Shown piece after piece: positions 40,891-51,020 of a stretch of 53,878 nt of DNA. The notes under the pieces are model-generated. The model did not search any database. It saw only the letters and a list, made by a program, of their open reading frames with translations, and was not told the DNA's origin. Position 1 is the stretch's first letter. Every line of letters begins with the position of its first letter. Source of the stretch: Leptolyngbyaceae cyanobacterium (GTDB lineage Bacteria; Cyanobacteriota; Cyanobacteriia; Phormidesmidales; Phormidesmidaceae). Both the position numbers and the translations under genes were made by a program. The stretch lies in the NCBI GenBank assembly GCA_050331235.1, contig JBHJHA010000006.1, forward strand, positions 1-53,878, read 5' to 3'.

Positions 40891-41859
40891 CTAATATTCG
40901 TAATAGTCTGAGGTGGGGTTGCTGGGATCGGGGGCGATCGCCAACCACAGGGGAAACTGCAAAATCGACAGGGCGACCTTCCCCTCAGACTCGTCGATGA
41001 TGATCATCGGCAAGAAATTATTTTCCAGCAGGCGCTCCGCCCGTTGGGCCATGGGCTCCGATGACTCAAACAGCATGATACCGCTGCGGGTGCCAAAGTC
41101 AGCCCGCGTCACCCCTAGACAATCTTGAAAGCCGCGTCGCCAGTCTCCGAGCCGTTCGGGGCTCCGGGCAAGGACCAAGATGCGGAGGCGATCGCCATGC
41201 ATCGTATGCAAAATCGATATCGCTGCGGAAGCCACCAGCACATTTTGCAAGCGGCTATTAAGAGTCTTGATGGCGCCTCGTCCCGACTGATTAAAAAACC
41301 AATTGGCGACCCGGTCCGCATGAATCGGTTCAAAGGTCCGCCGGAGCTGCCACACCGGCCCATAATAGTCGGGGCGCAAGCGATATTGGTCCAATAAGCT
41401 TTGAACCCGCTCACCATCATGGATGTAGCGAGAGCTGATCGTTGCGGCAGGAGTCGGTGGGGGCTCGGGCTCGGGCTCAGGCTGTAGTGGTTGGGTAGCG
41501 CGCGAAGGGGCCGTGTTGGGTGCAGCCAATGATAGCTGCTCTGCGGAGGTCGCCAAATCTTGTAAACTGCCGACCAAATATTCTTTAAAGCTTTGAACCC
41601 GCAGTGCGAGGTCTTGTGAAGCGCCTGCAAAGGATGTTTTCATTTCCGCATCAATGCGATCGCGGCGGCGTTCGAGCTTTTCAATTTCTAGCTCTAGCGA
41701 TCGCTTTTTTCGCTCTAGATCAGTAAGCGCGGTTTGCACCATGCGAGACAAATCAGTTTGCACTCGATCTTGGGCCCGGGCAGATCCATCGGTGGTCTCC
41801 GTCGGTTGAGCAGCGCTAGATGGATAGGATGAGGAAGACTCGTCAGCAGCCATAAACAC
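40891..41859 (-). CDS. DUF3086-family protein
   Basis: Coiled coil followed by PDYYGPVWQLRRTFE and ERLGDWRRGFQDCLG; usual position after DUF3119. Confidence 0.8.
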   Translation of the reverse strand: MFMAADESSSSYPSSAAQPTETTDGSARAQDRVQTDLSRMVQTALTDLERKKRSLELEIEKLERRRDRIDAEMKTSFAGASQDLALRVQSFKEYLVGSLQDLATSAEQLSLAAPNTAPSRATQPLQPEPEPEPPPTPAATISSRYIHDGERVQSLLDQYRLRPDYYGPVWQLRRTFEPIHADRVANWFFNQSGRGAIKTLNSRLQNVLVASAAISILHTMHGDRLRILVLARSPERLGDWRRGFQDCLGVTRADFGTRSGIMLFESSEPMAQRAERLLENNFLPMIIIDESEGKVALSILQFPLWLAIAPDPSNPTSDYYEY

Positions 41860-41897
41860 TCAAAGGCACAGCAAAGTATCAACAGACCAGATATTTA

Positions 41898-42332
41898 TCA
41901 GACCGCATCCTCAGGTTTTGAGGGGACGTGCAACCTCAGCTGCGATCGCAGAGCTGCTGGATCAAACAAGATCGGTAAAAAATGAATGCTGTTGACTTCC
42001 CGAAAGTAGAACAAAATCGGTATAGATGTCCAAAAAATGTCCCAAGTTTCCCATTCATCGTAGGGAAATTGACGAATGCGATCGCTGCCGCGGTACACAT
42101 CTAACACCGAATCAGAGAAGACAAGCCGTAAAGTGTTGGCCTGATAAAGCAGAAAAAGGCCAAAGAGCAAAACGAGTCCTGCCAACCCTAAAAGAAGCTT
42201 ACCAAACTGAAAAAAGGCCACAGCAGCCCCTAAGAGGCCGCCCACAATCAGAAAGAGCGGAATTTTGTAGCTCGGTGCCAGAGTCGTGGAATTAGCGGTC
42301 GAAGAAACTGTCACAGCTTTTTGTATCGTCAA
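41898..42332 (-). CDS. DUF3119-family membrane protein
   Basis: Two TM helices; IRQFPY...W.IFW..PILFYFREVNSIHFLPILFD motif. Confidence 0.82.
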   Translation of the reverse strand: MTIQKAVTVSSTANSTTLAPSYKIPLFLIVGGLLGAAVAFFQFGKLLLGLAGLVLLFGLFLLYQANTLRLVFSDSVLDVYRGSDRIRQFPYDEWETWDIFWTSIPILFYFREVNSIHFLPILFDPAALRSQLRLHVPSKPEDAV

Positions 42333-42545
42333 CGGCAGAGTCGCAATCCCGTTCTGAAAGGCGATCGCATATCCCTATTGTAAAGGGTTTGTCTTCGCTA
42401 GCTGAAAGCCCCGTTTGAAGTCGGCGCTAAACCTTATTACTTGGGTACTGATACAGCGGCCAAGTAAGCCTAATAGTTAAATATGAATAGGGCCAAAGCC
42501 TCCAGAGTATAGAAGCAGCATCGACAACACAGTCCCAAACCGTGC

Positions 42546-43343
42546 TTAGAAGTTGCCCAAGACAGCACTGCCCGTCCCTTGGAACATAAGCCAAGAAAGG
42601 AAGAAATTACAAATAAAAATCGCTAGTAATGCCGTAACCACGGCCGTAGTAGTAGATTGACCAACGCCCTTAGCGCCGCCTGTCGTAGTCATCCCCCAGT
42701 TAGAGCCGATGACCGCGATTAAAATTCCAAAGACAAAAGCTTTAATCATCGACGAGACAAGATCCCAGGTGGAGAGAAAACTCTGGGCCGAGTCAATGAA
42801 GACAGTTTGGGAAATGCCGTACAGGTTAGTGGCAATCAATAATCCGCCAGTCATGCCCATGATAAATGACAGCAGCGTTAGCACTGGCAACATTAGGGCA
42901 CAGGCCACAACCCTTGGAATGACCAAGTAATCGATGGGGTCAGTCTTTAAAATCTGCAGGGCATCAATCTGTTCAGTCACCTTCATCGTACCGATTTCAG
43001 CGGCAAAAGCGGATCCCACCCGTCCCGCCAAGACCACAGCGGTCAGCACTGGAGCCAACTCGCGGGCCAGGGTCAGAGCTAGCACCCCGCCCACTGCAGA
43101 GCCCGCCCCAAAATTGATAAATTCGCGGGTGACCTGGATTGTAAACACCATCCCCACAAAGGTTGCTGTCACCAGCGCAATGAGTAGCGACTCTGGACCA
43201 ACGGCCACCATCTGGTCAAGGGTATTGCGCCGGTGAATCGGCCGTGAGATCAGATGAATCACGACCTGCCCAGTCAACATGACCGCCGCAAACGTACGAC
43301 GCCCCCATTTGCTAAGACTAGAGAACTGTAAAGCCTGGGCCAA
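42546..43343 (-). CDS. mlaE: MlaE/Ycf63 lipid ABC transporter permease
   Basis: RELAPVLTAVVLAGRVGSAFAAEIGTMKVTEQIDAL and GGAKGVGQSTTTAVV. Confidence 0.92.
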   Translation of the reverse strand: MAQALQFSSLSKWGRRTFAAVMLTGQVVIHLISRPIHRRNTLDQMVAVGPESLLIALVTATFVGMVFTIQVTREFINFGAGSAVGGVLALTLARELAPVLTAVVLAGRVGSAFAAEIGTMKVTEQIDALQILKTDPIDYLVIPRVVACALMLPVLTLLSFIMGMTGGLLIATNLYGISQTVFIDSAQSFLSTWDLVSSMIKAFVFGILIAVIGSNWGMTTTGGAKGVGQSTTTAVVTALLAIFICNFFLSWLMFQGTGSAVLGNF

Positions 43344-43630
43344 GCAAGCACCTCATGAATTGCGATTGCAGCTCAAACATCGACAGGTTGATCAGTGATC
43401 GACTCCGCCGACAGTTAAAGTGGCAAGGCCATTATATATAATGCTTCCGGCTCTATGCTGGCTTTACGGACAGAGGTCTGCCCTGATGAGAAGTTTGCTG
43501 TGGCGGGTGGCGATCGCGCTAGCCCCTTAACACGATGGGCAGTCAGCGATTACTGGCGAGAGACTTTAAAAAAAGAAACCGGATAGCAATCTCTACCCGG
43601 CTCCTGCAATAACGATGACAAGCCCAAAGC

Positions 43631-44017
43631 CTAGCGCTTCTTAATATCCTTCGCCATATTGCGGAACATATCCATACTCGTGTCGGTATTAGTGTTGGCA
43701 CTACGGCGCTCAAATTTAGGGGTTTCGCTTTGAGTCGACTCTTGGAAAGAGGAAGCCGTCTTCTGCTGTGCAGGTAAGCCTTTCTCGTCGAGTGTACGCA
43801 TATCCATCGCCGAAATTTGACGAACTGATTCCATCTCTTCAGTTTGACCTTTCTTGCGAGCAAAAGTCCGCTTCACGACTTTGCTAGAGCGCATGTAATC
43901 GATGTCGCCGAATGTCTTTGCTTCGTCGTCGCTTAAGAAAAAAGCACCGGTCTGCCGGGGCTGCGGAGCCCGATTTTGCTTATTACGGCCAAATAAGCCA
44001 CGGATAAAGCCAGTCAT
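43631..44017 (-). CDS. Hypothetical protein (128 aa, basic)
   Basis: Clean ORF with AGGAAAGG SD; FFLSDDEAKTFGDIDYMR and MDMFRNMAKDI segments look like conserved cyanobacterial motifs. Confidence 0.75.
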   Translation of the reverse strand: MTGFIRGLFGRNKQNRAPQPRQTGAFFLSDDEAKTFGDIDYMRSSKVVKRTFARKKGQTEEMESVRQISAMDMRTLDEKGLPAQQKTASSFQESTQSETPKFERRSANTNTDTSMDMFRNMAKDIKKR

Positions 44018-44433
44018 GAACCTTTCCTGAGTGTATGAGCGTTAATTTACTTATCGTAACGTTAAACATTAACTTATGGCTATTTTTCTCAGGAAGAGGA
44101 GTATTCGTTGGCCGGTATTTCTCCAAGCTGAACCTCAGCCTTGGCATGGAAAAAGGCTGGACTGGAACTTGCCTCCCTGAAAATATTAACCGTTCATGTA
44201 ACTGCCGCTACAGGCTTTTTGCTGACAGTTCTGGCGCGGGTAGCCTATCGGAATGGGGACGGCAAGAAGTTTGCCAAGGGCGATCGCCCTGACCCAGATT
44301 CAAGAGGATAGATAACTGAGAAGGCAATTCACGAAGCTTAAAGAGACGAGCGGATATAGTGGCCAGATGAGACAGCTGGGAGCGCGAGCCAGCGCCACTT
44401 TTTGCATTCGTGAATGTTGGCTAGCGTTGGATC

Positions 44434-45225
44434 TCACGCCGCAGTTGCTTTAGCGCTGGCAATTGCCTGCACTAGTTCGTAAAAGCCCTCGACTTCTGCT
44501 CCGTGGGTGATGAACCTAGGAAGATGCTGCAGGCGATCGCAATAGTGCTGCACATTCGCGACCCCCACTGATAACGGAAATTGATCAGCATCAAATAACT
44601 CTTCGTCATTAAGGCTGTCGCCAACGGTCACTACTTGTGTGCGCTTTAGTGTCGCAAACTGGGTCTTGAGCAGATGAGCTAGGCCTACACCCTTGTCCTG
44701 CTGCATAGGACGAATGTGGCATTGCACCGTGCTATACGTGAAACCCCAGCCGGCACGTTGACAAGCCGCCGCAATGTTTTGGCAGTCCATTGGCAACAGG
44801 TCGCCAATATCAAAGGTCCAGTCGGTCAGCCGGAAGCGATTATCGACCGAAGGACGCAGATCAGGCCACCAGGTTTGCAGTTGGACAAACATTTCAGCAA
44901 GCTGGTGGCGATGCTGATCCAAGGCTGGCAAATCAATAAGAGACGTTAGGTGTCCGGTGCCAGTCGCGACCCAGACCCCGCCGTTTTCGGCGATCGCTCC
45001 TGCCACGGGTAAATAGTGGCTGACGCTCTGGACCCAGCCAGCCGAGCGACCAGTCACGATATACGTGACCACGCCAGCAGCAGCCAGCGTTGTCAATGAC
45101 TGCAATAACTTGGGGGTAAATCTCCCTTGATGCGTCAGCGTTCCATCCATATCCGTGGCCACGAACTGAATGTCCTGTAGCTGTGACCAAGAAGATTCTT
45201 GCAGTCGCACCGGAGAATTTTTCAT
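44434..45225 (-). CDS. HAD-superfamily hydrolase (subfamily IIB)
   Basis: ATDMDGTLT, VTGRS, AENGG, DKG, VGDSLND motifs. Confidence 0.9.
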   Translation of the reverse strand: MKNSPVRLQESSWSQLQDIQFVATDMDGTLTHQGRFTPKLLQSLTTLAAAGVVTYIVTGRSAGWVQSVSHYLPVAGAIAENGGVWVATGTGHLTSLIDLPALDQHRHQLAEMFVQLQTWWPDLRPSVDNRFRLTDWTFDIGDLLPMDCQNIAAACQRAGWGFTYSTVQCHIRPMQQDKGVGLAHLLKTQFATLKRTQVVTVGDSLNDEELFDADQFPLSVGVANVQHYCDRLQHLPRFITHGAEVEGFYELVQAIASAKATAA

Positions 45226-45266
45226 AAACGTCCTACACTTTGGGGATATTGCATGGATTCAGGGAC

Positions 45267-46925
45267 ATGGCACAGCTTTCCCCCGATCAGCGAAATGACT
45301 ATTACCTGATCGCCGCTGCTCGTACGGGTATACACAAACCAATTTTGGCCGCGCTATACACCACGCAGGATAAGCCGTTGCTGACCAACGGCGAAACAGG
45401 GTTGGGCATCTTTCCAGCTAATCGAATTCCTTTGGCAGCGGTCAATACTATTTCTGAGCAAGTCCAGTATGCGGCTAACACCCTCCGGAGCTTAACCGAT
45501 CAACTCATCGTAGCGGGATGGCAGGGGTCGGATATCTGGCATGCTGAGGCTGGACGCTATCGCGATCGCTTCATTCAAGCCGTCGCTGAGGGTTACAACC
45601 CAACCGCGACCGATACCTCGGCAGCTCGACTCGAACCGGTAGAGCCCGATCAACTGCTCCAAGCCTATCTCGCCGATCTCGAAGCGGACTTCAGCGGCGA
45701 TCAGCTACCGCAAAATTTGGCGAGCCTAGATCAGGTCTTGCTGGCGTTTGTCGAGCGCGTGCCAGCGAACTTTGGCCGCCTCGAATTTCAACGACAGGCT
45801 TTATTAGAGGCTTTCCGCCTCTGGCGTAAATTGGACACGCCAGCCGAGGCGATCGCGGCCCTGGGCGTCGATCAAAACGCCCCCCTCGACGAAGATGCCC
45901 TCGACCGGGCACTGCTGGAATTTATCACCCAGGCTGACCGTTATTTTTCGGGCTATCCCAATCAGCGCGAGGCGTTGATTCGCCTGGTGCAACTGTGGCG
46001 CCAACTCGACTCTCGCGAAGCCGCGATTCGCATGCTGTCTAGCGAAGACCCCTTTGCCAATGAGACCAATCTAGAAATTCTTGATCCAGCGTTGATTGCC
46101 TTTACTCAAAAACTCCCTTCCCAATATCAAGGCCGTGGGGATCAGCGGTTTGCCCTCACCGAGGGCTATCGTATGTGGTACGAGCTAGACTCCCGGCCCA
46201 CCGCCCTACGTCATTTAGGGGTCAATCCCCAGGCCTTAGTTGAGAGCGCTGACAACGCCGAAACCATGGCGATCCTCGCCAGTCAGTTGGACCGGGCGCT
46301 TCTCGAGTTTTGGAATGCCGTGCCAACGCTCTATGCCGGCACTGAGCAGCAACGTGAAGCTTTGCTACGTACGGTCACCATCTGGCGGCGGCTAGAGGGT
46401 CGCATTCCTACCATTCAATCGCTCTTCATTGATTTACGACAGATGGAGCGGGCCGGTCCCGTCTCCGTTGACGCCATGCCGCCACCTCTACCGGCCATGC
46501 CGCCTCTCCGACCCGAAAGCTGGACTCCAGGCAACATCCAGCTTTCGGCTGCGATTATTCCCAGCGGGAATTTTACATGGGCTGAGGCTACGCGCGGCGG
46601 CACCCGCTGGCCGCCAGACCAAGCAACGGTCAATGCCATCGTCCGTATCGCGGCCCTAGCTCAAGAAGCCCGCAACCGCATTGGCCGACCGTTTCTCATT
46701 ACAAGCTGGTATCGGCCCCCCGAGGTAAATGCCCGCGTAGGCGGAGCAGTGATGAGTCGCCACATTATTGGCGATGCGATCGATTTTTATTGTAATGGGT
46801 TGACTGGGCGACAGCTGTACTGGGCGCTGGATACTTGGTGGCCCGGGGGCCTAGGCCGTTACACCAATTTCCCGTATTTGTGTCATCTCGATGCCCGCGG
46901 GAACCGAGCCCGCTGGGTCTATTGA
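45267..46925 (+). CDS. Peptidase M15A-domain protein with repeated helical N-terminal region
   Basis: C-terminal ITSWYRP..N..VGG...SRHI.GDAIDF...HLDAR Zn-peptidase motif. Confidence 0.82.
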   Translation: MAQLSPDQRNDYYLIAAARTGIHKPILAALYTTQDKPLLTNGETGLGIFPANRIPLAAVNTISEQVQYAANTLRSLTDQLIVAGWQGSDIWHAEAGRYRDRFIQAVAEGYNPTATDTSAARLEPVEPDQLLQAYLADLEADFSGDQLPQNLASLDQVLLAFVERVPANFGRLEFQRQALLEAFRLWRKLDTPAEAIAALGVDQNAPLDEDALDRALLEFITQADRYFSGYPNQREALIRLVQLWRQLDSREAAIRMLSSEDPFANETNLEILDPALIAFTQKLPSQYQGRGDQRFALTEGYRMWYELDSRPTALRHLGVNPQALVESADNAETMAILASQLDRALLEFWNAVPTLYAGTEQQREALLRTVTIWRRLEGRIPTIQSLFIDLRQMERAGPVSVDAMPPPLPAMPPLRPESWTPGNIQLSAAIIPSGNFTWAEATRGGTRWPPDQATVNAIVRIAALAQEARNRIGRPFLITSWYRPPEVNARVGGAVMSRHIIGDAIDFYCNGLTGRQLYWALDTWWPGGLGRYTNFPYLCHLDARGNRARWVY

Positions 46926-46999
46926 GACCTAATCACTCCTTGATACGCATTAGACTGTTTTCGGGAATATTTTTATTAGCGTTGTACAGGTTTCTCTCC

Positions 47000-47755
47000 A
47001 TGCAAGTTTCATCTGCTCAGACCCACCTCACCGTGGCCCAATCTTCCCCCCCTGAGCCCTCTGAAAATGCCGCTGGACTCAATCTCTGGATGGTGACCTC
47101 AGGGGTATTGCTGGTCTTGTTAGTTTTAGTCAGCGTTATCACTCAGGTACAGAACAATCGCCTGCGGAAAAAGCTGAAATTTGCTGATTATAAAAATAAT
47201 GAACTGCAAAAGCGGGTTAAGGTCGCCTCCAAAACGATTACCAAGATGGAGAAAAACCCTGACTTGGTACACTCGCGAGAGTTTAATTTGGACTATCTGC
47301 GAATGCGCATGGACGAAGAGATGTTTCACTTTCAAATTGTTAACCAGTTGAAAGTGAAGGTGAAGCAGGAGTTGGCTGCGGCGCTGCGTCCTCGCCAAGC
47401 CGAGAGTGGCATGGTCGGTGTTTCCAGTAAGCCGCGACAGATAGACCAGATTTTTGATGTGGTGTACAAGACCAGTGAAGCGTTGGGCTCAAAGACCCGT
47501 ATCCTCTTTCGTATTGAGATCAAGCTGGCAAAATTACCCACGCAGTCGACATCGACCACCATCAACCAGATTATTGAATGTATTGAAAACTTTCTCAGCC
47601 CTGAGGCTGAAGGCGGTACCTGGCAGCCCACCATACAAGGACGCCTCGCCAATATGCACTGGGATCAGAAGGCCAAGCCGACACCACTATTAATCTTGGA
47701 GCAGTCCGCTGAAGGGGTCAACGTCACTCTCCGCAGCACCTATAAGCCCGCTTAA
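47000..47755 (+). CDS. Hypothetical single-pass membrane protein
   Basis: TM segment LWMVTSGVLLVLLVLVSVI followed by a coiled coil; start placed at ATG 47000 to avoid overlap. Confidence 0.7.
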   Translation: MQVSSAQTHLTVAQSSPPEPSENAAGLNLWMVTSGVLLVLLVLVSVITQVQNNRLRKKLKFADYKNNELQKRVKVASKTITKMEKNPDLVHSREFNLDYLRMRMDEEMFHFQIVNQLKVKVKQELAAALRPRQAESGMVGVSSKPRQIDQIFDVVYKTSEALGSKTRILFRIEIKLAKLPTQSTSTTINQIIECIENFLSPEAEGGTWQPTIQGRLANMHWDQKAKPTPLLILEQSAEGVNVTLRSTYKPA

Positions 47756-47796
47756 CAAATCGCGTCAGGGCTGGGCTAAGCATGAACTTTTAGGGA

Positions 47797-48813
47797 TTAG
47801 CCCCCGGATGCTGAGCTTGAGCCCCATTCAAAAATAGCTGCTCCCCAGCTTAAGCCTGCCCCAAAGCCGGAGCAAGCAATGATATCACCAGGCTTGATAC
47901 GACCATCACGGACGGCTTCGTCAAGGGCGATCGCAATCGACGCGGCAGACGTATTACCGTAGCGCTCCATATTGCTAATGACCTTTTCGTCGGCAATGTT
48001 GAGGCGGCTCGCAACGGCGTCTAAAATGCGCTGGTTGGCTTGGTGTAAGAGCAGCCAATCAACATCTTGAGTGGTCAGCTCAGCACGAAAGAGCGCCTTT
48101 TCGATAATTTCTGGGACTTGCTTTACGGCAAAGCGATAGACCTCTTTGCCATTCATGCTGATGGGTTGGTAAGTCCCTTTCTGGGCCGTTTTACCGGGCA
48201 CCAGCATCTCGCCGGTGGCCTGATAGGGCAGATTGAGGCAACCATTGAGGGTACCGTCACTGCGCAGTTCAAACCCGCGCAAATGATCGCGATCGCTGGC
48301 CTGTAACACCACAGCCCCAGCACCATCGCCGAACAAAACACAGGTGCGGCGATCGTGCCAATCAGTCCACCGGGAAAGTACATCCGCGCCAATGACTAAT
48401 ACCGTTTGGTAAACCCCTAACCGCATATATTGAGCAGCAGTCACTAAGGCAAAAACAAACCCTGAGCAAGCCGCTGTCAGGTCAAACGCCACGGCCCTAG
48501 AAGCCCCCAAGCTAGCTTGCACCTGAGCTGCACTGCCAAATAAATCGTCAGGGGAAGACGTTGCGAGAATGATTAAATCAACCTCACCGGCCCCCATGCT
48601 AGCCATTTGTAGCGCATGGTGTGCAGCATCTGTCGCCAAACTGCTGAGCGAATCTTGGTGCGAAGCAACATACCTCAGCCGAATACCTGTCCGAGTTGCA
48701 ATCCACTCATCGGATGTCTCAACCATCTGGCTCAGGTCATCATTCGTGAGGGCGATCGGTAAGCGTGCTGAGCCGCACCCCACCAAAGACACCCCTAAAT
48801 TTGTTTGTTGCAC
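47797..48813 (-). CDS. fabH: 3-oxoacyl-ACP synthase III
   Basis: TSDEWIATRTGI, AACSGF, LFGDGAGA, HQAN, GNTSAAS, GFGAGL. Confidence 0.97.
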   Translation of the reverse strand: MQQTNLGVSLVGCGSARLPIALTNDDLSQMVETSDEWIATRTGIRLRYVASHQDSLSSLATDAAHHALQMASMGAGEVDLIILATSSPDDLFGSAAQVQASLGASRAVAFDLTAACSGFVFALVTAAQYMRLGVYQTVLVIGADVLSRWTDWHDRRTCVLFGDGAGAVVLQASDRDHLRGFELRSDGTLNGCLNLPYQATGEMLVPGKTAQKGTYQPISMNGKEVYRFAVKQVPEIIEKALFRAELTTQDVDWLLLHQANQRILDAVASRLNIADEKVISNMERYGNTSAASIAIALDEAVRDGRIKPGDIIACSGFGAGLSWGAAIFEWGSSSASGG

Positions 48814-48816
48814 AAT

Positions 48817-49851
48817 CTATTCTCCGTCTGTCGCAGGCATGGCCACCTTTTGGTATTGCGCCTGAATTCGGTCTAACACTTGATTATCGACAGCTTCTTT
48901 GGCCAAGCGAATGGCATTAAAAATGGAAGGGGCTTGCGAGCTACCGTGACTAATCACAGCAATTCCGGCTACGCCTAGCAATAAGCCACCCCCATGTTCG
49001 GCATGATCAACCCGTTGCTTAATGCGTTTGAGATTATCTTTCAAAACTAAAGTCCCAACCTTACCACGCACCCCCCGTGGGAGCTCTTCCCGCAAAATTT
49101 GTAGGACCGACTCACCCACCGCTTCTGCAAATTTGAGTAAGACATTGCCGACAAATCCATCACAAACGACTACATCAAACTGGCCAGAAAGCACATCGCG
49201 ACCCTCAGCATTGCCCACAAAGGGGACGACTGGATGATCGGACAGCAGCTGATGTGCCTGGAGGCTAACATCGTTGCCTTTGCTCGGCTCTTCCCCAATA
49301 TTCAAGAGGCCGACCTGAGGCCGTTCAACGCCTAAAACATACTTTGAGTAAACCGTTCCCATGACCGCAAACTGCTCTAAAAATTTGGGCCGGCAATCTA
49401 CATTGGCACCTACATCTAAGATGAGCACCGACTTGTCGGCCAATACAGTCGGAAATACTGCCCCGATCGCCGGGCGATCAATTCCTTTGAGGCGGCCCAA
49501 CCGGAGCAACGCGGCTGCCATGGCAGCCCCCGAATGCCCAGCTGAAACGACCGCATCCGCTTGTTGGGTCTTAACCAGATCCATTGACACATTAATCGAG
49601 GCTTTGCGCTTGCGACGTAAAGCACTCAAGGGTTCTTCGTGCATTTCAATGGCACCTTCAGCAGGCACAATGGTCAGACCATCGAGATTGCCTGCATTGG
49701 GAGTAGACGCTCGAATCTTGTCAGGATCACCCACCAGCAAGATATCCGCATCTAACTCAGCCTTGGCTCTGATGGCACCTACAATAATCTCAGCGGGTGC
49801 GTAATCGCCACCCATAGCATCTACGGCGATTCGAGCGCGAGTCGCTACCAT
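48817..49851 (-). CDS. plsX: Phosphate acyltransferase
   Basis: IAVDAMGGD, DRPAI, LDVGAN, LNIGEEPSKG, DGFVGN, SHGSS. Confidence 0.97.
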   Translation of the reverse strand: MVATRARIAVDAMGGDYAPAEIIVGAIRAKAELDADILLVGDPDKIRASTPNAGNLDGLTIVPAEGAIEMHEEPLSALRRKRKASINVSMDLVKTQQADAVVSAGHSGAAMAAALLRLGRLKGIDRPAIGAVFPTVLADKSVLILDVGANVDCRPKFLEQFAVMGTVYSKYVLGVERPQVGLLNIGEEPSKGNDVSLQAHQLLSDHPVVPFVGNAEGRDVLSGQFDVVVCDGFVGNVLLKFAEAVGESVLQILREELPRGVRGKVGTLVLKDNLKRIKQRVDHAEHGGGLLLGVAGIAVISHGSSQAPSIFNAIRLAKEAVDNQVLDRIQAQYQKVAMPATDGE

Positions 49852-49908
49852 GGACTGAATTCTGTAAAAAACTTAGAAGATTCTAGCAGACTACCTCCAC
49901 GCCCAACC

Positions 49909-50640
49909 CTACAATTCCTCTCCAGGTTCAACAATTCGTTGAAAGAGGTAGCCTGTACCACGAGCTGTGAGAATCAACTCAGGATTACTGGGATCCTCTT
50001 CAAGCTTTGCCCGTAGCCGAGAGATGTGCACATCAACAACACGAGTATCTACATGCCGTTCAGGGGTATACCCCCAGACCTCCTGTAAAATCTCAGCGCG
50101 AGAAAACGGCTCCCCAGACCGGCTGACCAACAGCTCAAGCAGGCTGAACTCCATTCCGGTTAAGCGGATGCGTTCGTCGCCCTTATACACTTGGCGTTTA
50201 TTGGTATCAATCCGAATGGCGTTGATAGAAATAACGCCTGAACTGGGGATGCCGGTCGCTTGACTTTTGTCAACCCGACGCAAAACAGAGCGAATGCGGG
50301 CTTCAAGCTCCTTTGGGGAAAACGGCTTAACGACGTAGTCATCTGCCCCCAACTCTAGGCCAGTGATGCGGTCAGCCACGTCCCCCAAAGCAGTCAGCAT
50401 AATGATGGGAATATCTGACTCTTTGCGCAACTCTTGGCAAACACCATAGCCATCGAGCTTCGGCATCATGACATCTAAAACGACTAGATCTGGACAAGCG
50501 GCATGAAAGGTCTCAATGGCCTCTTCGCCATCAGCAGCAGTCACCACATCGTAACCAATCATGGAGAGGCGGGTCTCTAAAATTCTGCGAATGCTGGCCT
50601 CGTCATCAACGACCAAGATTTTCTCTTTCGTACTTTCCAA
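49909..50640 (-). CDS. rpaB: OmpR-family response regulator RpaB (Ycf27)
   Basis: KEKILVVDDEASIRRILETRLSMIGY...WGYTPERHVDTRVVDVHISRLR...LILTARGTGY; TTG start at 50640. Confidence 0.95.
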   Translation of the reverse strand: MESTKEKILVVDDEASIRRILETRLSMIGYDVVTAADGEEAIETFHAACPDLVVLDVMMPKLDGYGVCQELRKESDIPIIMLTALGDVADRITGLELGADDYVVKPFSPKELEARIRSVLRRVDKSQATGIPSSGVISINAIRIDTNKRQVYKGDERIRLTGMEFSLLELLVSRSGEPFSRAEILQEVWGYTPERHVDTRVVDVHISRLRAKLEEDPSNPELILTARGTGYLFQRIVEPGEEL

Positions 50641-51020
50641 AGCGATTGCTGCTCCCAACGAATGCTCAACGGATCGATTGGCTCTTTACTGAGCAATATG
50701 TAAATTTAGCTTCGTAAACAACTTTTATGTACATTGATGTTAAGTCAAACAGTATTCTATGACGTTTGCGATCTCTCTGAGCCTCTACGGTTCAGCTTTC
50801 TAGCATTTCTTAAGATTTAATTAGCAGTCGACGGCAAAAATATAACGTTCGAAAAGGTGATTTGATGTAATCCCAAATCTTGTCGATAGGCAAAGTTTTG
50901 TCCCTGAGATGGCAATGCTAAGGGGTTTGACAACTGCTGATATCGGTTCCCGTATTAAGCAATTAGTGCCAGTAAAGAGCGGTTAGGCACAATAGAGATT
51001 AAGGCTTTGAGGACAGTTGA

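Noticed and set aside
44035..44292. 85-aa ORF or ncRNA in the intergenic region
   Set aside because: No protein motif or recognisable RNA family; more likely the promoter of 43631-44017.
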